This document shows, piece after piece, positions 36,224 through 49,972 of a DNA stretch of 64,000 nucleotides (the stretch's first letter is position 1; every line of letters starts with the position of its first letter). A program made the translations under genes and the position numbers. This DNA is from Lepidodermella squamata (lineage: Eukaryota; Animalia; Gastrotricha). The stretch is from NCBI GenBank assembly GCA_047495785.1, contig JBLDXI010000001.1:2294001-2358000 (forward strand). The letters run 5' to 3'. The notes below the pieces were generated by a model, which was not told the DNA's origin, did no database searches, and was given only the letters and a program-made list of their open reading frames with translations.

Positions 36224-38626
36224 TCACCATACGTAGCACTTTTTCTCTGGATTCATAGGAGATCCAAGGGGGCAATCGAAAGTTCTGGCGAATTCTTCCG
36301 AATTTACCAGCGGACCGTTGACCCTCACACGGGACGGAGAGTGTTCATCCGTAAAGATCGAAAGTCTCAAAATCTCTTTGGTGGACTTTGAACACCAAAC
36401 TTGCGCATAAGCAATAAAGAACAATTGGTCCGGGGTCGCGTCAACACCGACGAGTTGACGACTCATTCTGCTGCGAGCTGACCGCCTCTTAGAGGCCTGA
36501 AAGGCCTCAAATGCTGTTTTCAGTCCTCCGTTATCTGCGATGTTCTCGCCTAGGGTTTGCAGACCTCGGACCTTGACGTTGATAGGTTTCACCGTGAAGT
36601 TGCTGTATTGCTCAACGAGACAGGCTGTCAAGTTACCGAACTCGGCTTCTGTCTCGTATTGCCACCAATTCCTGAGACTACCGTCCTTGTCAAACTGCCG
36701 GCCTTGGTCATCGACGGAATGGACAATTTCATGAGCTTGAATAGTCGCGATTAGGAAGTAATTGTCAAGAAATTAAAGTTACCTGTGATGAACCCCGTGG
36801 AGCCATAATTTACTGCTAGCGGCATTCCATCACCAGCGAAGAAGAATGGTTCCGTCAAGATACCGGCCGGTATCGCAAATTTGTTATGAGTTGCCTCGTA
36901 ATATGCATTTATGGTGTGAGGTGTCATTTTCCATCTTTGCTGGTCCACTTTCATTCTCAAATCCTAAATAGGGCACTATCACTAGGGGCAGGATCTTAAT
37001 TTCAAGCAAGCCTTACTTTCAAATTTTGTTGCTGAAGGTAATGAAACATGGCAATAGAGTTGCTTGTGTAATCATCCGTAACATGGAGGTTGGCATACAT
37101 TTCCTCAACGTAGGACTCATTGAATAGCCAATCGGGGTATGCAACGTTGAAAGCCATGGCTTCAAGTTTTCCCAGAGCTGTGTCCTTATCACGATCGGTC
37201 ATCCACGTAGCTTGTTCGATGCGGCGACGGAAAGTCGGAATGATGTCGTTAACAATAGCTTCGGCCTGAAACCGAAGCTCAGAATGGCCAGCTTAATTTA
37301 ACAAAATTACCTACCTTCGATTTAATGGAAGGCTGGAAATGCTTTTCGATGAAAACTGCGCTCAGTGGAAATCCGATATCCGATCCAAAGTCATCCAGAC
37401 AATACTCCCATGACTCTGACTGGCCTTTCTTACCGCCAACAGTTTCTTCGAATTGATCGCTATAACTTCGAAAAACCCGGCCGAAATCAGGAGCGTACTC
37501 CGCAATCGTCAAAAGAACTATATAATTCTGTATAATTTTCTTACCCCTATCTGTCGAGGTGTACTCCTTCAAGAGTCGCGTTAAATTCGCCAGAAAAGCA
37601 TCCGCGTAAAGTATTACGGGCTCTTCTTCAACAATTGTGATATTCACCCTTTCAAACAACGAGCCATAAAATGACGTCCAATTCATGAAATCTGCGTGCT
37701 GATTCAGCCATGAAATGTTGACCATGTTATACAGTTGGAAAAAGTTTCGACGATCTTCCTTTGCCGTTTGAATTTCAGCGATTCTTTGTTCAAACTCGAT
37801 CACATCCAAAATTGGGCTCATTGTCCAATTCCCGGATTCAACGATTTCATTAGCATAGCTAGCTAACAGCCTCGCATAAGCTTTAAGGGTCGCATCCTTC
37901 GTGATAGAAACGTTGAGATAATGATCGCGGGAGCTATCGCCCAAACCCAGACCACCTTGATCTATTTGCAGCACATTGACGGTACCATTTTTATCGTCAG
38001 GTCCAACTGCAGTTGTGAATAGTCCGGCTTGAGAGTAGTGATTTCGCTTGTTCAGCAAGTCTTCGAGCGACCAATTACTGAAATTATGAGATTGAGTATC
38101 GTTATTCAGGTATAAACCGCCAAGTTCCTCGACCATTGTTCGCAGTTTAAGAATACCGTTCTGGTCTACCATCGAAGCATTCATGCAAGACGAGTAAATT
38201 TTTCGAATTTTCTGCCATGCAACTTTCGATGAATTAACGTAAGAATCATCCGATTCCAAGATGGCATGCAATTGTTTTTGGGTCATGGACTGTGCGCGCC
38301 TAAATGGCGACATGCTAGATTTGCCTGCCGGGATGTCTTCGACCATATCGAAATTTCCGCATGCGTATTCGTAGAAATCTTCACAAGGATCGGCTGATGA
38401 GTTCATCGTCAGCAGCATCCGTCCAGCTGCTATCACGCAGGCCGTCGTGTCACATGCTGGTGCCGTAGGAGGCTCTGTTATACAGATATCACGCGAATCA
38501 AAATTAAGCTACGGCTTATTACTGGAATCTCAAACCTTTTCTCAAGCCAGGGATGCGAAATTGACCATCAATGCTAACCAAACTGATAGTCAAGAGAAAC
38601 AAGGCCAGGCTTAACCGTAGATACAT
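36224..38626 (-). CDS. M13 neprilysin/endothelin-converting-enzyme-like metallopeptidase, probably secreted
   Basis: Signal-peptide-like start MYLRLSLALFLLTISLVSID, DPCEDFYEYACG, NAYY, HEIVH, GENIADNGG, FFIAYAQVWC, HSP..RV, C..GSPMNP..C..W. Confidence 0.92.
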
Positions 38627-39110
38627 TCTCGCTCTACTGTCTTTCTCCCAATTACTACCTCTAGAAACAAAAAATGCCGCGGGAGATAGCACAAGCCGTA
38701 TCGCGAGGGCGTTCAGTTTGAAACATTGTCCTGGTCGTTTACTCTGCAAATGGACCGTAGCAAATTACAATACCTTCAAATTAGCTAGTGCAAGCTTTTA
38801 AGGGCTCTAAGCTGATGGACTCTTTATTAACTCATCTGGGTAGTAACATTCTGAACATGATTCGATGAAAAATAATGAACTCGTAGTTGACTATCCTCCC
38901 GGCATTCAAATTATCTTCGTGAACAACAGTCAAACTTTATTTTAAAAGCCCTTTTTCAAGGAAAATCTATGGTATAACGTCTATCAACTGAAGTAATATT
39001 ATAAGCCAAAAGTCCAGCAATTCATATCAATCTGAATGTCATTTTTCGATGGGTTATAGCGTTATATGTATCTGCAATCTGCAATCCATTCGCATAGTTG
39101 GTAGTTGAAA

Positions 39111-41399
39111 TCAGCTGTACAGGGACAAAGTTGTGAACTATAAAGAAACGATGATAGCTAGAACTTGAAACCCATGATAACGAAAGGATTATGCTCACCT
39201 TTTCAACGTCAAAGCGCACAAATGTTTCATCAGCCTTGGCAACTTGGTCATTGAAACGTTCTGAGAAAAATACACGTGCAGGAAATCAAGAAATTCAATT
39301 GATTAACTGACCGAGCAGCGATGTCAGCCTTATCGCACAATTGACAAAATCGCTTAAGCTGATCTCGCCATTTCGATCAGTGTAACGAAGAACAGCCAAT
39401 TTTGCGACTGCATTGCTCAGTGATAGCCCGATATTAGCTAAAGCCCCTCGCAAATGAACCACGTCGATTGTCCCAGATCTATTGTAGTCGTACTGTTGGA
39501 AAACTGCGCGCCAATATTCGATGTCGCGATACAGTTCGATGAACTCGTCCAACGTCAGCCCGCCTGAGAAGTCCTTGTCTTTTCCAGCAATCACTGAGCG
39601 AGCTGTTTCGATGTGAAAGCCAGGGATAACGCTGGAGAAAGTATTTGCGAGCTCGAAAGCGTCGACTACACCATTATTGCTGCAAATCGCCCGGAAAGCA
39701 TCAAATGCTCTGATCTGAATTATTTCGGCGCTCTCAAGGTCGCCAATGAATTTGGCATTGTCTAGCAATGGCTTTCGGGCTATCACATGAGTTCTCTCGT
39801 CGACCTCACTATTATGAAATTGATAAAAATTGATATAATGACATAACAATATCATTACGTGGTTGTGCTTTCCTCTTCGGTGTAAACACGAAGCAGAAAT
39901 TCGCAGCTCAGCCCTGGGCTATCACAATGAGGAATGATTACATATTTTCCCAATGGCAGTTTGTAGCGCCCAGACACCTCACGCTGCCAAGCCGTACCAG
40001 AGCATTTAGCCACTGGTTTGTGCTTTTCGAAGAAGTCGCTGTCAAGTTGTTTGTGTCCGCCATAGTGCTCTGCAACCGCGTATATAACAAATCCCAAGGA
40101 TAGAAAGCTCGGTTCTTCATCGACAACCCTTCGCCGATGTTTCTGCATCAACCCGACCAGTACCGTGCACATTTGGTCGGGGTCATTCGAGTCAAAACGA
40201 TTCAGACAAATCCGGTACTGCGGATTAGTCGAGAAAGTACCATCGGAACTGGGATCCCCGCCGGCATTGAAGCCAGCCAGCCACTCGCCGTCAATCGAAG
40301 TTACGTGCCACCGCTTCGTGTGGAATTGATCTTCGATGAAATCCGTAGTAAGATGGCAGAATTCTATGTGAGTGAAGAAAGTGATGAAATCGTCGAAGGG
40401 AATCCAGAATTCGCCGTCTTTCGCAACAACAAGATTCATCTTCTTGCGGTCAGCTTCAGATACTGAATGCCACTCTTCGGAACTGTATGAATAATCGAAT
40501 AGAACTGAATGAATATCGAAAAGGGAAGCTTACTCATCAGAAAACGCTCCAGTCCACTCATCATCTCCATAAGGATTTCGAAGTCTGAGAAATGTTTGCG
40601 CTCCTTCCTTTGTCGCCACAGTCCTGATATTATTCAAGCTGTAAGCGTGGCCCGAAATCAGATTTTTTGTATCGCCAACACCTGGACTTAATCTCGCACA
40701 AGTCATCATGGAACCTCGCTCTTTAGCGCGTTGTATAATCCCAATGAAATCATCAGGGATTCCGCTATCTAAGCGAAATGTCTCACAGAAGCCTCCTGTT
40801 AAATCCGTCATGGATTCACTGCACCAGCCTCCATCAAGGTTGGAGTAAGCTCCGACAAGTTTCGCATACGCTTTCTCGATCAAAGCCGGCCAGAATTCGC
40901 AATTGGATGCCGATTTAAGCATAAAGAGTTTTCCGTCAGCCGTAGGCAATCGATCGTCGACAATAACCTCGAGCCACTTTCCAAATACCCAAAAATTGAA
41001 TCGGAAAGCGCCAAAATAGTTTGGTTTATCGAAGGTTTGATCAGGTGGTACGACATTGTGCATCAATTTATCGTTTAGCGTTAGGTTCGCAAGCGCGGCG
41101 AGAAACCAGCAGTCTCCGAGTTCACCCTGTACAACATCGAATCTGCTCGCACCCTCATTGATGAATTTCGGAGAATCAACGATTTCTGTCGGTCGTTTCC
41201 AGACGACGTTTTCCTTTTCCTCCCCAGTAATTCTAGCGTAAATGCTGCGAGCAGTAGCGGGGAAATCTTCATCTTCCCATAGTTTTCCCTGTTTGGAACA
41301 TTCTTCTTTGATTTCGTTGAAAGATGGCTTTATCGGGTCCGCATTGCTTGAATGAATGACGTTTGACGCAACGATGACAGGCTTGTGCGGGTTTGCCAT
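39111..41399 (-). CDS. classical-type calpain (CysPc + C2-like domain III + penta-EF-hand)
   Basis: QGELGDCW, EKAYAK, GHAYS, LRNPYG catalytic triad; DGEFW, NPQY; EF hands DKDFSGGL and DYNRSGTID; last exon FTTLSLYS*. Confidence 0.92.
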
Positions 41400-42190
41400 T
41401 TTGCCTATTTCTTTAAAATGAAACCGTTAAAATTAAATAAATCGAATGACAGTGCGTAGATGCTTTGGCGAGCTTGATGCTTGTTTGAAGTGTGCTAGGT
41501 GTATTTATGGACCTTTATTGCTGAAATGGTTATTTGGAATGGTAATAATAAAATGATAAGCTCCGAGAAGGAATATGGTGCCAAACGGTAAAGTAATGTA
41601 TTCAGATTAACAATTAACAAGAACCGATAATGCGTTACTTTGGGAAAGCTTTTTGTAATAGAGAATGGGATTCGTCGCCGAAATACGCATCAGTTTTATA
41701 TGTGAAACAGCCATACCCCAGTTATAAAGGGTAAAAAGGGTATATTCAAAGCGCGCTCAATAGTTCATCATTCAATACGAAAGATTTTTTTGGGAAAAAG
41801 AACCGGTGTGCAATTCACTTTGAGATATTATTTTTGTGGTCATCTAAGATGCATGTGCCTATAGTACACGCCATGTGTGGTAGATAACGTTCTTCAGGGT
41901 TATTGTTGTGTACTTCGTATATCTAACACTGTGGCGGTGAATGAACAGTGAGCTATACCGCGGGCTGTTGGACTAACACGTGTAGGAATGCGAAGATTTA
42001 TATAGCTTTTGATCCCTTTTACCTGATTCCTCATTGCTATAAACACGCCCAGTAAGACAGCAGTATTTTATTCATCAAAGACAACCAAACATAATTATAC
42101 ATCATTAGAATTGTATAAGACATTAGGATAATCAGTCTTTAAGAGGATGAAGACGAAAAGTCAAAGAAATCAAACGGTCACAATTCTCAT

Positions 42191-43589
42191 CTACAACGCA
42201 ACGCGAGTTAAATCTGGACGATCGCGCTTGTTGAAATGTTTCCTGACGTACAGGAGAAATTGCTGCTTCATATCTTCGATTGAGTCGCTGGCAAAGTAGA
42301 GGGGCTGGTAATCGGCGTCCTGGTACTTTTGAATCGCAACAGATTCCGCGTTGAATTCCCGAATTTCAGGCTTCCCCGAAAGTGAATGTTCCAACTCGCC
42401 GTATGCGGACAACAAGCCCGCTCCAAAGGCTCTGATTTCTCCGCCATTAGCTTCATCACGGCACAAGCCGAATTCGACCGTGAACCAATAGAGCTGAGGA
42501 ACGAAATTGGAATGAGTATGTCTGTTAAAAACTGCTATTAGAAATTACCGTAGACAGCTTTTCGATGTCCTCATCTGAAGCTCCAAGCGATGCAAGACCA
42601 ATTTCCTGCGAAAAATCGGCGAAATCTGGATCGGCTAACATTGGAACGTGGCCGAGAAGCTCATGAATACAATCCCTGGAAAATCTTAAGCATTAAGGTT
42701 GCGGCTTAAGGCTGTGACAAAATTACGGCTCAGGGCTATGATGCGGCGATGATGGGTGCCGAATGTATTGCGTGCACATGAAAACGCGAAACGCGAGGCT
42801 GTAAAGGAAATGTCGCGACGAAAGCAGGCCAGATACTGGTCGTAGCTGGAACCCGGTTTTGCTCTCCAAGTAGTTCGAAGCGTCCTCCAGTTGTGGCACA
42901 AAATCCGGCGAATATATGCCCCGTTCCTCCATTTGGGTGAAAATTCGCACGAATCCTGAGTAGACATGAGTCGCATGAAGACTTTTCAGTTTCTTGTAAA
43001 CCGAAGACCAAGTCGCTACTTCATCGACTGTGAACAACACTTTTGGAATTGGATTCCCCCTAGAAGTTCAGAAATATTAATTATTCAAAATTTATTTTTA
43101 TGTAGTTATTACATTTTATAGTCGTAGGCTATCTGGGCTATGGCATTTCTCCTCGCTCGGTATTCACTGTCGTAGAATCCCTATAATTGATGTTTAGAAA
43201 AATGCAGGATAAACAATTGAGAATAATACCGGATGGCCGGAATCAGCAGTTGGGTCGAATTTTGTGATGCATTCGAGGCATTGATCAAGCTCAGATACAT
43301 TTTTGGGATACCATTGAGATTGATTCAGCAAAGTGTCTTCGATCGGATGAAAGGTTATCGCGCCAATATGTTTCTTGAAGAGTTCCGCCGATTCTTCCTT
43401 GAAATTATCGCCTATCAGCTCAACTTCGAATAGCAATTCGTGCAGGCCATTGGCTCCGAGCTGCTTTCGAATTTCGATTTTGATGATTTCAGCAAAGTTG
43501 CTCCTTTGAAATATGTCGAATAGGCGCTCGATCTCCAATATCGGCTGCCCGACATTTTTCATGGCAAAAGCGTGATAAGCAGGTGGCAT
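42191..43589 (-). CDS. TH: tyrosine hydroxylase-like TH2, 5 exons
   Basis: Same motifs and intron positions as TH1: [38 protein letters not shown] about 60 bp upstream. Confidence 0.88.
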
Positions 43590-44211
43590 TTGAAGAATTT
43601 CAAGAAATCTGATATTGCTATTTCGATGAGTTAACTCACCATGCTGCGCTTATTTATAGGCTAAAGAGCGGCGTGATACTAGATTTTATCGCAGAAAGTA
43701 ATTACCGGGTGCATCATTCTCCTGTCTTTAACTACGCACGAAAGTCTGGCCGAAGGCGTCGCCGCGATGGGGTTGATGCCAGGATAGGATAAAAAACCCA
43801 GAAGACAAACACGTTGCGCGTCGTCATCAACGCAATTAATTAACGCTGCGATAATTCAGACGACAGAAAAAACATCAGGCGCTCACCTTAATAATATGAC
43901 ATTTTAAATACAATGAATGAATTGTTTGAATTTGACGACTCGAGGGGGAAGTAAAGGAAAATATTAAAATTTAGGAATACAAGCACATTTATTCCGCTGA
44001 CTATTGCAACGCTCAAAAATTCGAATCGCTGATTTCAGTGAAATCGCATAATTCTGTAACATGATGTAGGATTATTTGGTTTGTTCCAACACAACAGCAC
44101 TGCTTTTTCATCCGGTCGGTTTTAAACCTTCTGCTCAAAAATGAGACCTGCAATATTATTTATTTTTAATGAATATCGCAAGGATGCGTTACTTATATAT
44201 GCCATGGAATG

Positions 44212-45840
44212 TTAAACGAAGGCTAAGTTTTGGGAGGCTGTACTGGGATATTCTCCCTCCGGCAGTTTATCAACTGGAAGTTTCTTGCCAGCCATTTTCA
44301 GTTGAACGATTGGCTGACCGGGTGCATAACGTTCGGCTGGCGCTTTCAAACCGTCGAAGCCATCCTCAGTCTCCGGCATGAAGAAAATACAAAAGGTCAA
44401 CTCCAAAGCAGCAACAGCGGCGAAAGGAAGATAGGAATACTGGCTCATATTGGCTTGCATAACAGGGAAAATGAAACTGCTGATTAGGTTGCATGTCCAG
44501 TTAGTGAACATGGCAACACTCATGCCCATCAGCCTTGCGTCTTGCCCAAAAAGCTCAGCAGCGGCAAAGCATGAAATCGGTCCTGGTCCAGACGCCAGAG
44601 ATATGTGAAATATTGCGAATCCCAAAATACTGGCTTGGAAAATCTGGAAAGTATGAAAATGTTAGCAAAAATGTGTACAATTTTTTCACGGGCTAACGTT
44701 GAACGTTAAAAACATAACAAGTAGAACTTGAGCCAATGTTATTCCGATCAAGCTGGTGATCTTCCGCGGCCTTCTACCGACACGGGCGATAATTATTGCG
44801 TTTATAATATTCCCCATAAGATTTGCACACATAGTCAGGTTGACAGTGATGACCAGAGGCCACCATAGTGAACGACTCTTGAAAACATTCCTCACAGAGA
44901 CAGGTTCAATTTTCGCCTCGGCTAAGGATTCGTCCTTCAGTTCAGCCATTTCTGCTAGTATTTCTTTATCAGAAGTGCCTCGCAGTTTTCTCAGAGCTTC
45001 CATTGCTAGGTCTTCTTTTAAAAGATCGATAAGAGCTCGAGGACTTCGACGACAAACAGCAAGGCGATGAAGTCCAAGAAATAGACAACCCCCTCGAAAA
45101 CTTGAAATTATAATGAATAACTACTGGAAAAATCTTTAATCGCGTTCTTTGACTTACGGACTATGGAACAAATGTTGCCTCCTTTCCCTGGACGAAACTG
45201 AGGCCGAGTATATTTGAGACAAGTATACCGAAGCTGACGCCGATGTCGATGAGACTTCCGAGTAGCCCCCTCAATTTATTAGGCGCGTGTTCAATGACAA
45301 GAGACAATGCAATAAAGAGTGCGAAACCGGCTAGAATCCTACGGCCAATGTATAGCGGAACACGGCTTCCAGTCCAGAGTGTCACATGTCACAAACATGA
45401 TCAATGAGCCGATAAAACCAACAGCAGCTGCCGCAACCAAGGATTTATTCCTGTAGATATTATAACTCAATTTGGTAACGAAAAAGCTCTCAGGTAGCTT
45501 ACTTTCCAATTAATACTGAAATATTGACAGGAAACCACGTGGAAGCGCTGCCCAGTTGTCATTCAATTCCGTTGGTGAAAGTAATTGACCCTTACGAACA
45601 ATTGACTGGTTGACGTAGTTATTCGATACTTCCTAAGGAGCGTTAATTACTCATTACCCCACATGGAAAAAAGATAAAAATTGTAAATGCTTCATCAATT
45701 TAAAAATAGAGTTTACCTAAATTGTAGTCAAACAGAAAAGAGGATCCTAGGACCACCGTCACGTTGCAAAACACCAGGTAGAAGGTCCAGGATTTCCGAT
45801 CTTCGATAACTGAATCACTCATAATCTCAGCAGATTTCAT
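44212..45840 (-). pseudogene. SLC2/GLUT-like copy 3, pseudogene
   Basis: Paralogue of copy 4 with a premature TAG at 45633-45635 (TAT in copy 4), a deletion of the ELTG...GVSV segment, a deletion in exon 2 and frameshifts. Confidence 0.85.
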
Positions 45841-46397
45841 AGCTTTCGACTTCAGAATATAGGCAATTTCATTTTTTTTACTTCAGGCGCCGAAATGTGG
45901 GCATGAATCTGCGCTTTCGGCGTCGCGAGATCGTCATCCCCAATTACGGCGAGGATGAATCCTGGTTGTACGTGACGGTTTACGGCACCTCACAAACGAT
46001 TTTTGGGCTGCAAGCGGGTGTTTTGGTAGACACGAGAAGCGTCAAGATAATCTAGGGTTAACTAGTTAGAAGATGTAGCTCATACATGTCAACTTGAACT
46101 CATGTTATAAAAAAGTAATTATACGATGCCTCGACGCTGCCGCGACTAGCACGAATTGATGAGAACAATTATTTGTAGCCGCCAGTTTTCCAATTACTGA
46201 TGATTTGCTCATTACACTCATTTGAGACGACATTTTTTGGTGAGCAATTGTCCAGAGGTTAACGTATCAATTTTCATCGCAAAACATTTTTTCTCCTCAT
46301 AAACTTGGCTGATTTTTGTGTCTTTAAGGCAAGCCCATCTAGATGGCGTATGATGGAATATGGAGGGCTGAATGACAATTCCATGTGACGAGATATA

Positions 46398-46513
46398 CAG
46401 GGCGTTCGCGTAATAATACTCTGCTAAAAATAGCTTTGCTACTTTTTGCATTCATTTGAGCTTTTTTGTAGCTATTTTTAGCTCACCCAGAGTATTATTA
46501 CGCGAACGCCCTG
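46398..46513. mobile_element. Tc1/mariner-type MITE
   Basis: Perfect TIR cagggcgttcgcgtaataatactctg with TA on both sides; absent from the paralogous site near 54350. Confidence 0.85.
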
Positions 46514-46654
46514 TATATGAGACTTATTTGAGATTTATTTCACACAGAAAAAATAATAAATAAAGAGCCATTCCTATTTGATACTCGCATTTTAGAGATT
46601 TGATGTCAAAATGAAAAATTGCGGACTAATTGTTTACAGAAAATGTCCGCTCTA

Positions 46655-46745
46655 GAACCGCCGTCACGTTGCAAAACACCAAGTATAGAAATTCCCTTCT
46701 TCCATCACAGAATATGTCATAATCTCAACAGGTTTAATGGGTTCG
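46655..46745 (-). pseudogene. relic of GLUT exon 1 with upstream promoter homology
   Basis: ccgtcacgttgcaaaacacc...gtcataatctc matches GLUT3/4 exon 1. Confidence 0.55.
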
Positions 46746-47824
46746 AATAATAAGAACTCTGGAATAAATAAAATTGACCGACACTCGTTAATTGTTCTCA
46801 TCAACTTTGATTACTTTAGGCGCTAAATCATGGGCAATTTCCATCGACAAAAAAGCGCACCGGCTTTCGGCACGTGAGATGGCGTAGCGGGTTTATCAAT
46901 GGTTCCCGGTTATACGTGAAGCGTGATGCGTCAGGTGAAGTTTGCGGTACCTCAGGGCACGCCACAGCGCTGTTGTGTAGATAATCTATGGCTATCTAAT
47001 GAGCATAAATATGAACTCGTAGTAAAATACATTCTGCAAAAAGTACCTAATCATGTTTATCGACAAAATTCTTGTTATACTAGTTTTTCCCATTGATTAC
47101 TCATAATCATAAAATATTATCATACCTTCATAAAATAATAATATTGGCTTTTCAAAAAGAGTTTATCGAGTCAAGTATCTCCAGAGGTTCTGCACTCCAA
47201 TTTTCGGGGAAATTTTGCACACAAAATATTTCCCAATTTCAGATCGATGGCTCTATTCTTAAGATGCTGAAATAAATGGCATAAAATAATACGCAAAATA
47301 ATGAAGGACGCCTATTTACACAGAAAAAGCGGTGACAGGTTTATGGTAACTGTTTATTATTGACTGAAATGCATCTCGCATACAGGTACTCTGTATGTAA
47401 CATGAACTTCATTCGCTAAGCAGACAGCAGACAGTCTTGGTGGAACTCACGACGCAACGGCTGTTGCAACGTAAACTCATAAAACTACTGGGTGGACCTG
47501 GATATTGTCGACAATGCTCGATTCCTTAGTTCTTAGTTGATAGTGCACCGTTGATGCGCGAGACGCGTTAGACTGGCTCGAATATCTTTCTTTACAGCGT
47601 ATTAGTAAGAAGATCAGCCACTAGGACCGAATCGGATCAACCCTTTGTTAGGAAACAATTCGCTGAGATCATATCGATGATCATGATCGAGACATTTGCT
47701 AGCTAGAGGTGCGACCATTTCAATAGCTCGAAAATTCATGATGACTTAGACGCTGTCAGACTTGGTCAAACAATCCACCGATTTCTCTATTCATAAGCTA
47801 TCCAATTTGGTAAATACCATCCGG

Positions 47825-48325
47825 CAGCGTTGGAAACAGGTCCGGTCGACCGACGCCGTTCCCGGTCCGTTCCCGTTCCAGGTCCGGTATGGGTCTCAAA
47901 AAACGCCACCGGTAGACCGGGAAAAATTGAATTTACAACTTAGCAGGCTGGGCGCGGGAAAAATCCACAGAAAACTAGATTTTCCAGTTGTGCTCATTAT
48001 TCTGACTGTGAGCATTAGTGCAGCAGTGCAATGTTTTGCAAACTTATTGGACTGTTGGGCTGGTATGGGGTTTCCGAACTATTATGCTGACCAAGATCGA
48101 AAGGCCCCGTGAGTCTTAGAAGGCTCCTAACCTAGATTGATCTGATTTTTTAGGTGAGTTAAGAAATTTTATGCGTTTGGTATCATGTTTTCGCTATTTT
48201 CATGCGATTTGAAAAATGCAGTTCTAAAACCGGTAGAACGGGCCGTTCCCGGCCCGGTCCAGTTTGACATCCACCGTTCGCAGGTCCGGTACCGGTCTGC
48301 AAAACCTTACCTGTTTCCAACACTG
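47825..48325. mobile_element. non-autonomous hAT element
   Basis: 8-bp TSD ccatccgg on both sides, TIR cag(c/t)gttggaaacaggt, internal ccggt subterminal repeats. Confidence 0.88.
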
Positions 48326-48601
48326 CCATCCGGCAAAGTAAGATTAAATTGCAAAATTGTCCTAAATTTTTTTCAAAAATGGCTGATTTTTGGCGCGCAG
48401 ACTTCTAAAGCGTAATCGGGTCTTTTTGGTCGCCATGTGACATCAACTGCGTTCCAAAAATACGAGCTCTGATTTGAACAATTTGGTGGCGCCCACCGCA
48501 AAACAAACATTCCCGCTTCGGCTGACGCCTCGGAAATAAAAATTTAGTTTGTCTGCTTATTGCCTCCAAACAGTTCAATAGGTAAGAATTTTCTTTCAAC
48601 C

Positions 48602-48967
48602 ATGCGTTACGCAGTCACCTTCCTTTTCGTTGCCGCAAGCATTTTTTGGTCGGCATCAGCCGGCGGTAAGGATTGACGATCCTATATTATGTTCCACGCT
48701 GTCATACTTTAAATGAATTTCACAGTATTTTTCAGACGAACTCAGAGCTGTTTCAATGCACAGACAATTGAAGGCAGCAGCAACATCATAGAAATGCTCC
48801 CATTTTCGAATACTCTTCAATGCGAGCAAACTTGCTTGAACTCAGCAGACTGTGGCGGATACGTTTCCACGGATACTAAATGCTACCTGTTGAGCTATTG
48901 CGACACCAACAATCACAGGAGTGCGCCCCTCAGCCAGGGTCATTACCAAAAATATGACCATAATTAA
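48602..48967 (+). CDS. small secreted PAN/apple-like Cys-rich protein copy A, 2 exons
   Basis: Signal MRYAVTFLFVAASIFWSASAG|, then C...QCEQTCLNSADCGGY....KCYL...C. Confidence 0.7.
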
Positions 48968-49479
48968 CAGCGTAATATTTGCCTGTTTTCTGATAATTTG
49001 TGAAAGTTGACGTTTCATGGTTAGTCAAACTCTGTTCATTTTATTCTTCTTAAACTGAAAAATAAACTGAAAAAATGTAGCGAACCATATGCCACGTTGT
49101 GAATTCTCTCTAGAAAAATGTGTCATCTACTCTATAACATCGATAGATATCAATAGATAGCTATAAGTAAATAAAACAGGCTTTCGTTCAATAGAAATTG
49201 TGTTTACTTACAGCACCAGCAGCTCGTTCTGGCACTGACGCTTTTTGAAAGCGACGGTAGGATTGTAGGCATCAGAGATATGGCGGAAATAGATCCACGC
49301 ACTAACAAACGACGCATTCATATCATTTTCAGTTATTAGTAAAAAATCAAGAAAAATCTGTCAGCTTAAGCTTGCTTCGCTCGCGGGTGTCTCGTTTCAT
49401 GAAGTTGTATAACGAGAATCTCTGATAAAGTGACGTCAGTTTATGGGTGCTTGGTACAATTGATTTTCCCTTGTCCCTT

Positions 49480-49600
49480 GTGCAGAATCAACGATTTCTG
49501 CGGTCGTTTTCCAGTTGATCTTTTCCAATCCGGTAATTCTTGCTTATATACTTCGGGTAAAATCTTCATCTTCCGACAGTTTTCCCTGTTTTGAACATGT
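49480..49600 (-). pseudogene. degenerate 5' fragment of the calpain gene
   Basis: agaatcaacgatttctg.ggtcgttt and aaatcttcatcttcc..agttt.ccctgttt.gaaca match 41170-41300. Confidence 0.7.
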
Positions 49601-49972
49601 GGTGATTGAGACGGCATCCAGCGAACGCCAACAATCTTTCACCGTATCTTTTCCATTTAAAAATTATTCGCATCGGCTATTAAATTCCTAATCTGAATTT
49701 TTTAATTATGATTGTTTTTCAGATGGTGAGGTCGCCCTCTATGTTACAGCAGCATATTATGAAAGCTGTAAAAAAACCGACAGTACGGTACATGTATATT
49801 TTAGGGATCCCTTATAAGATTCCTGATTGTTAAAAACACACCCAATAAGAAGCATGTGTATTTGATTTAGCAAAGACAAACAATAACTATATGAAAGAAA
49901 TTGCGATAATAATCTTTCACGGGTATGTATGGATAAGTTATAAGAAACCAATAAAGCTGTCATAATTCTCCT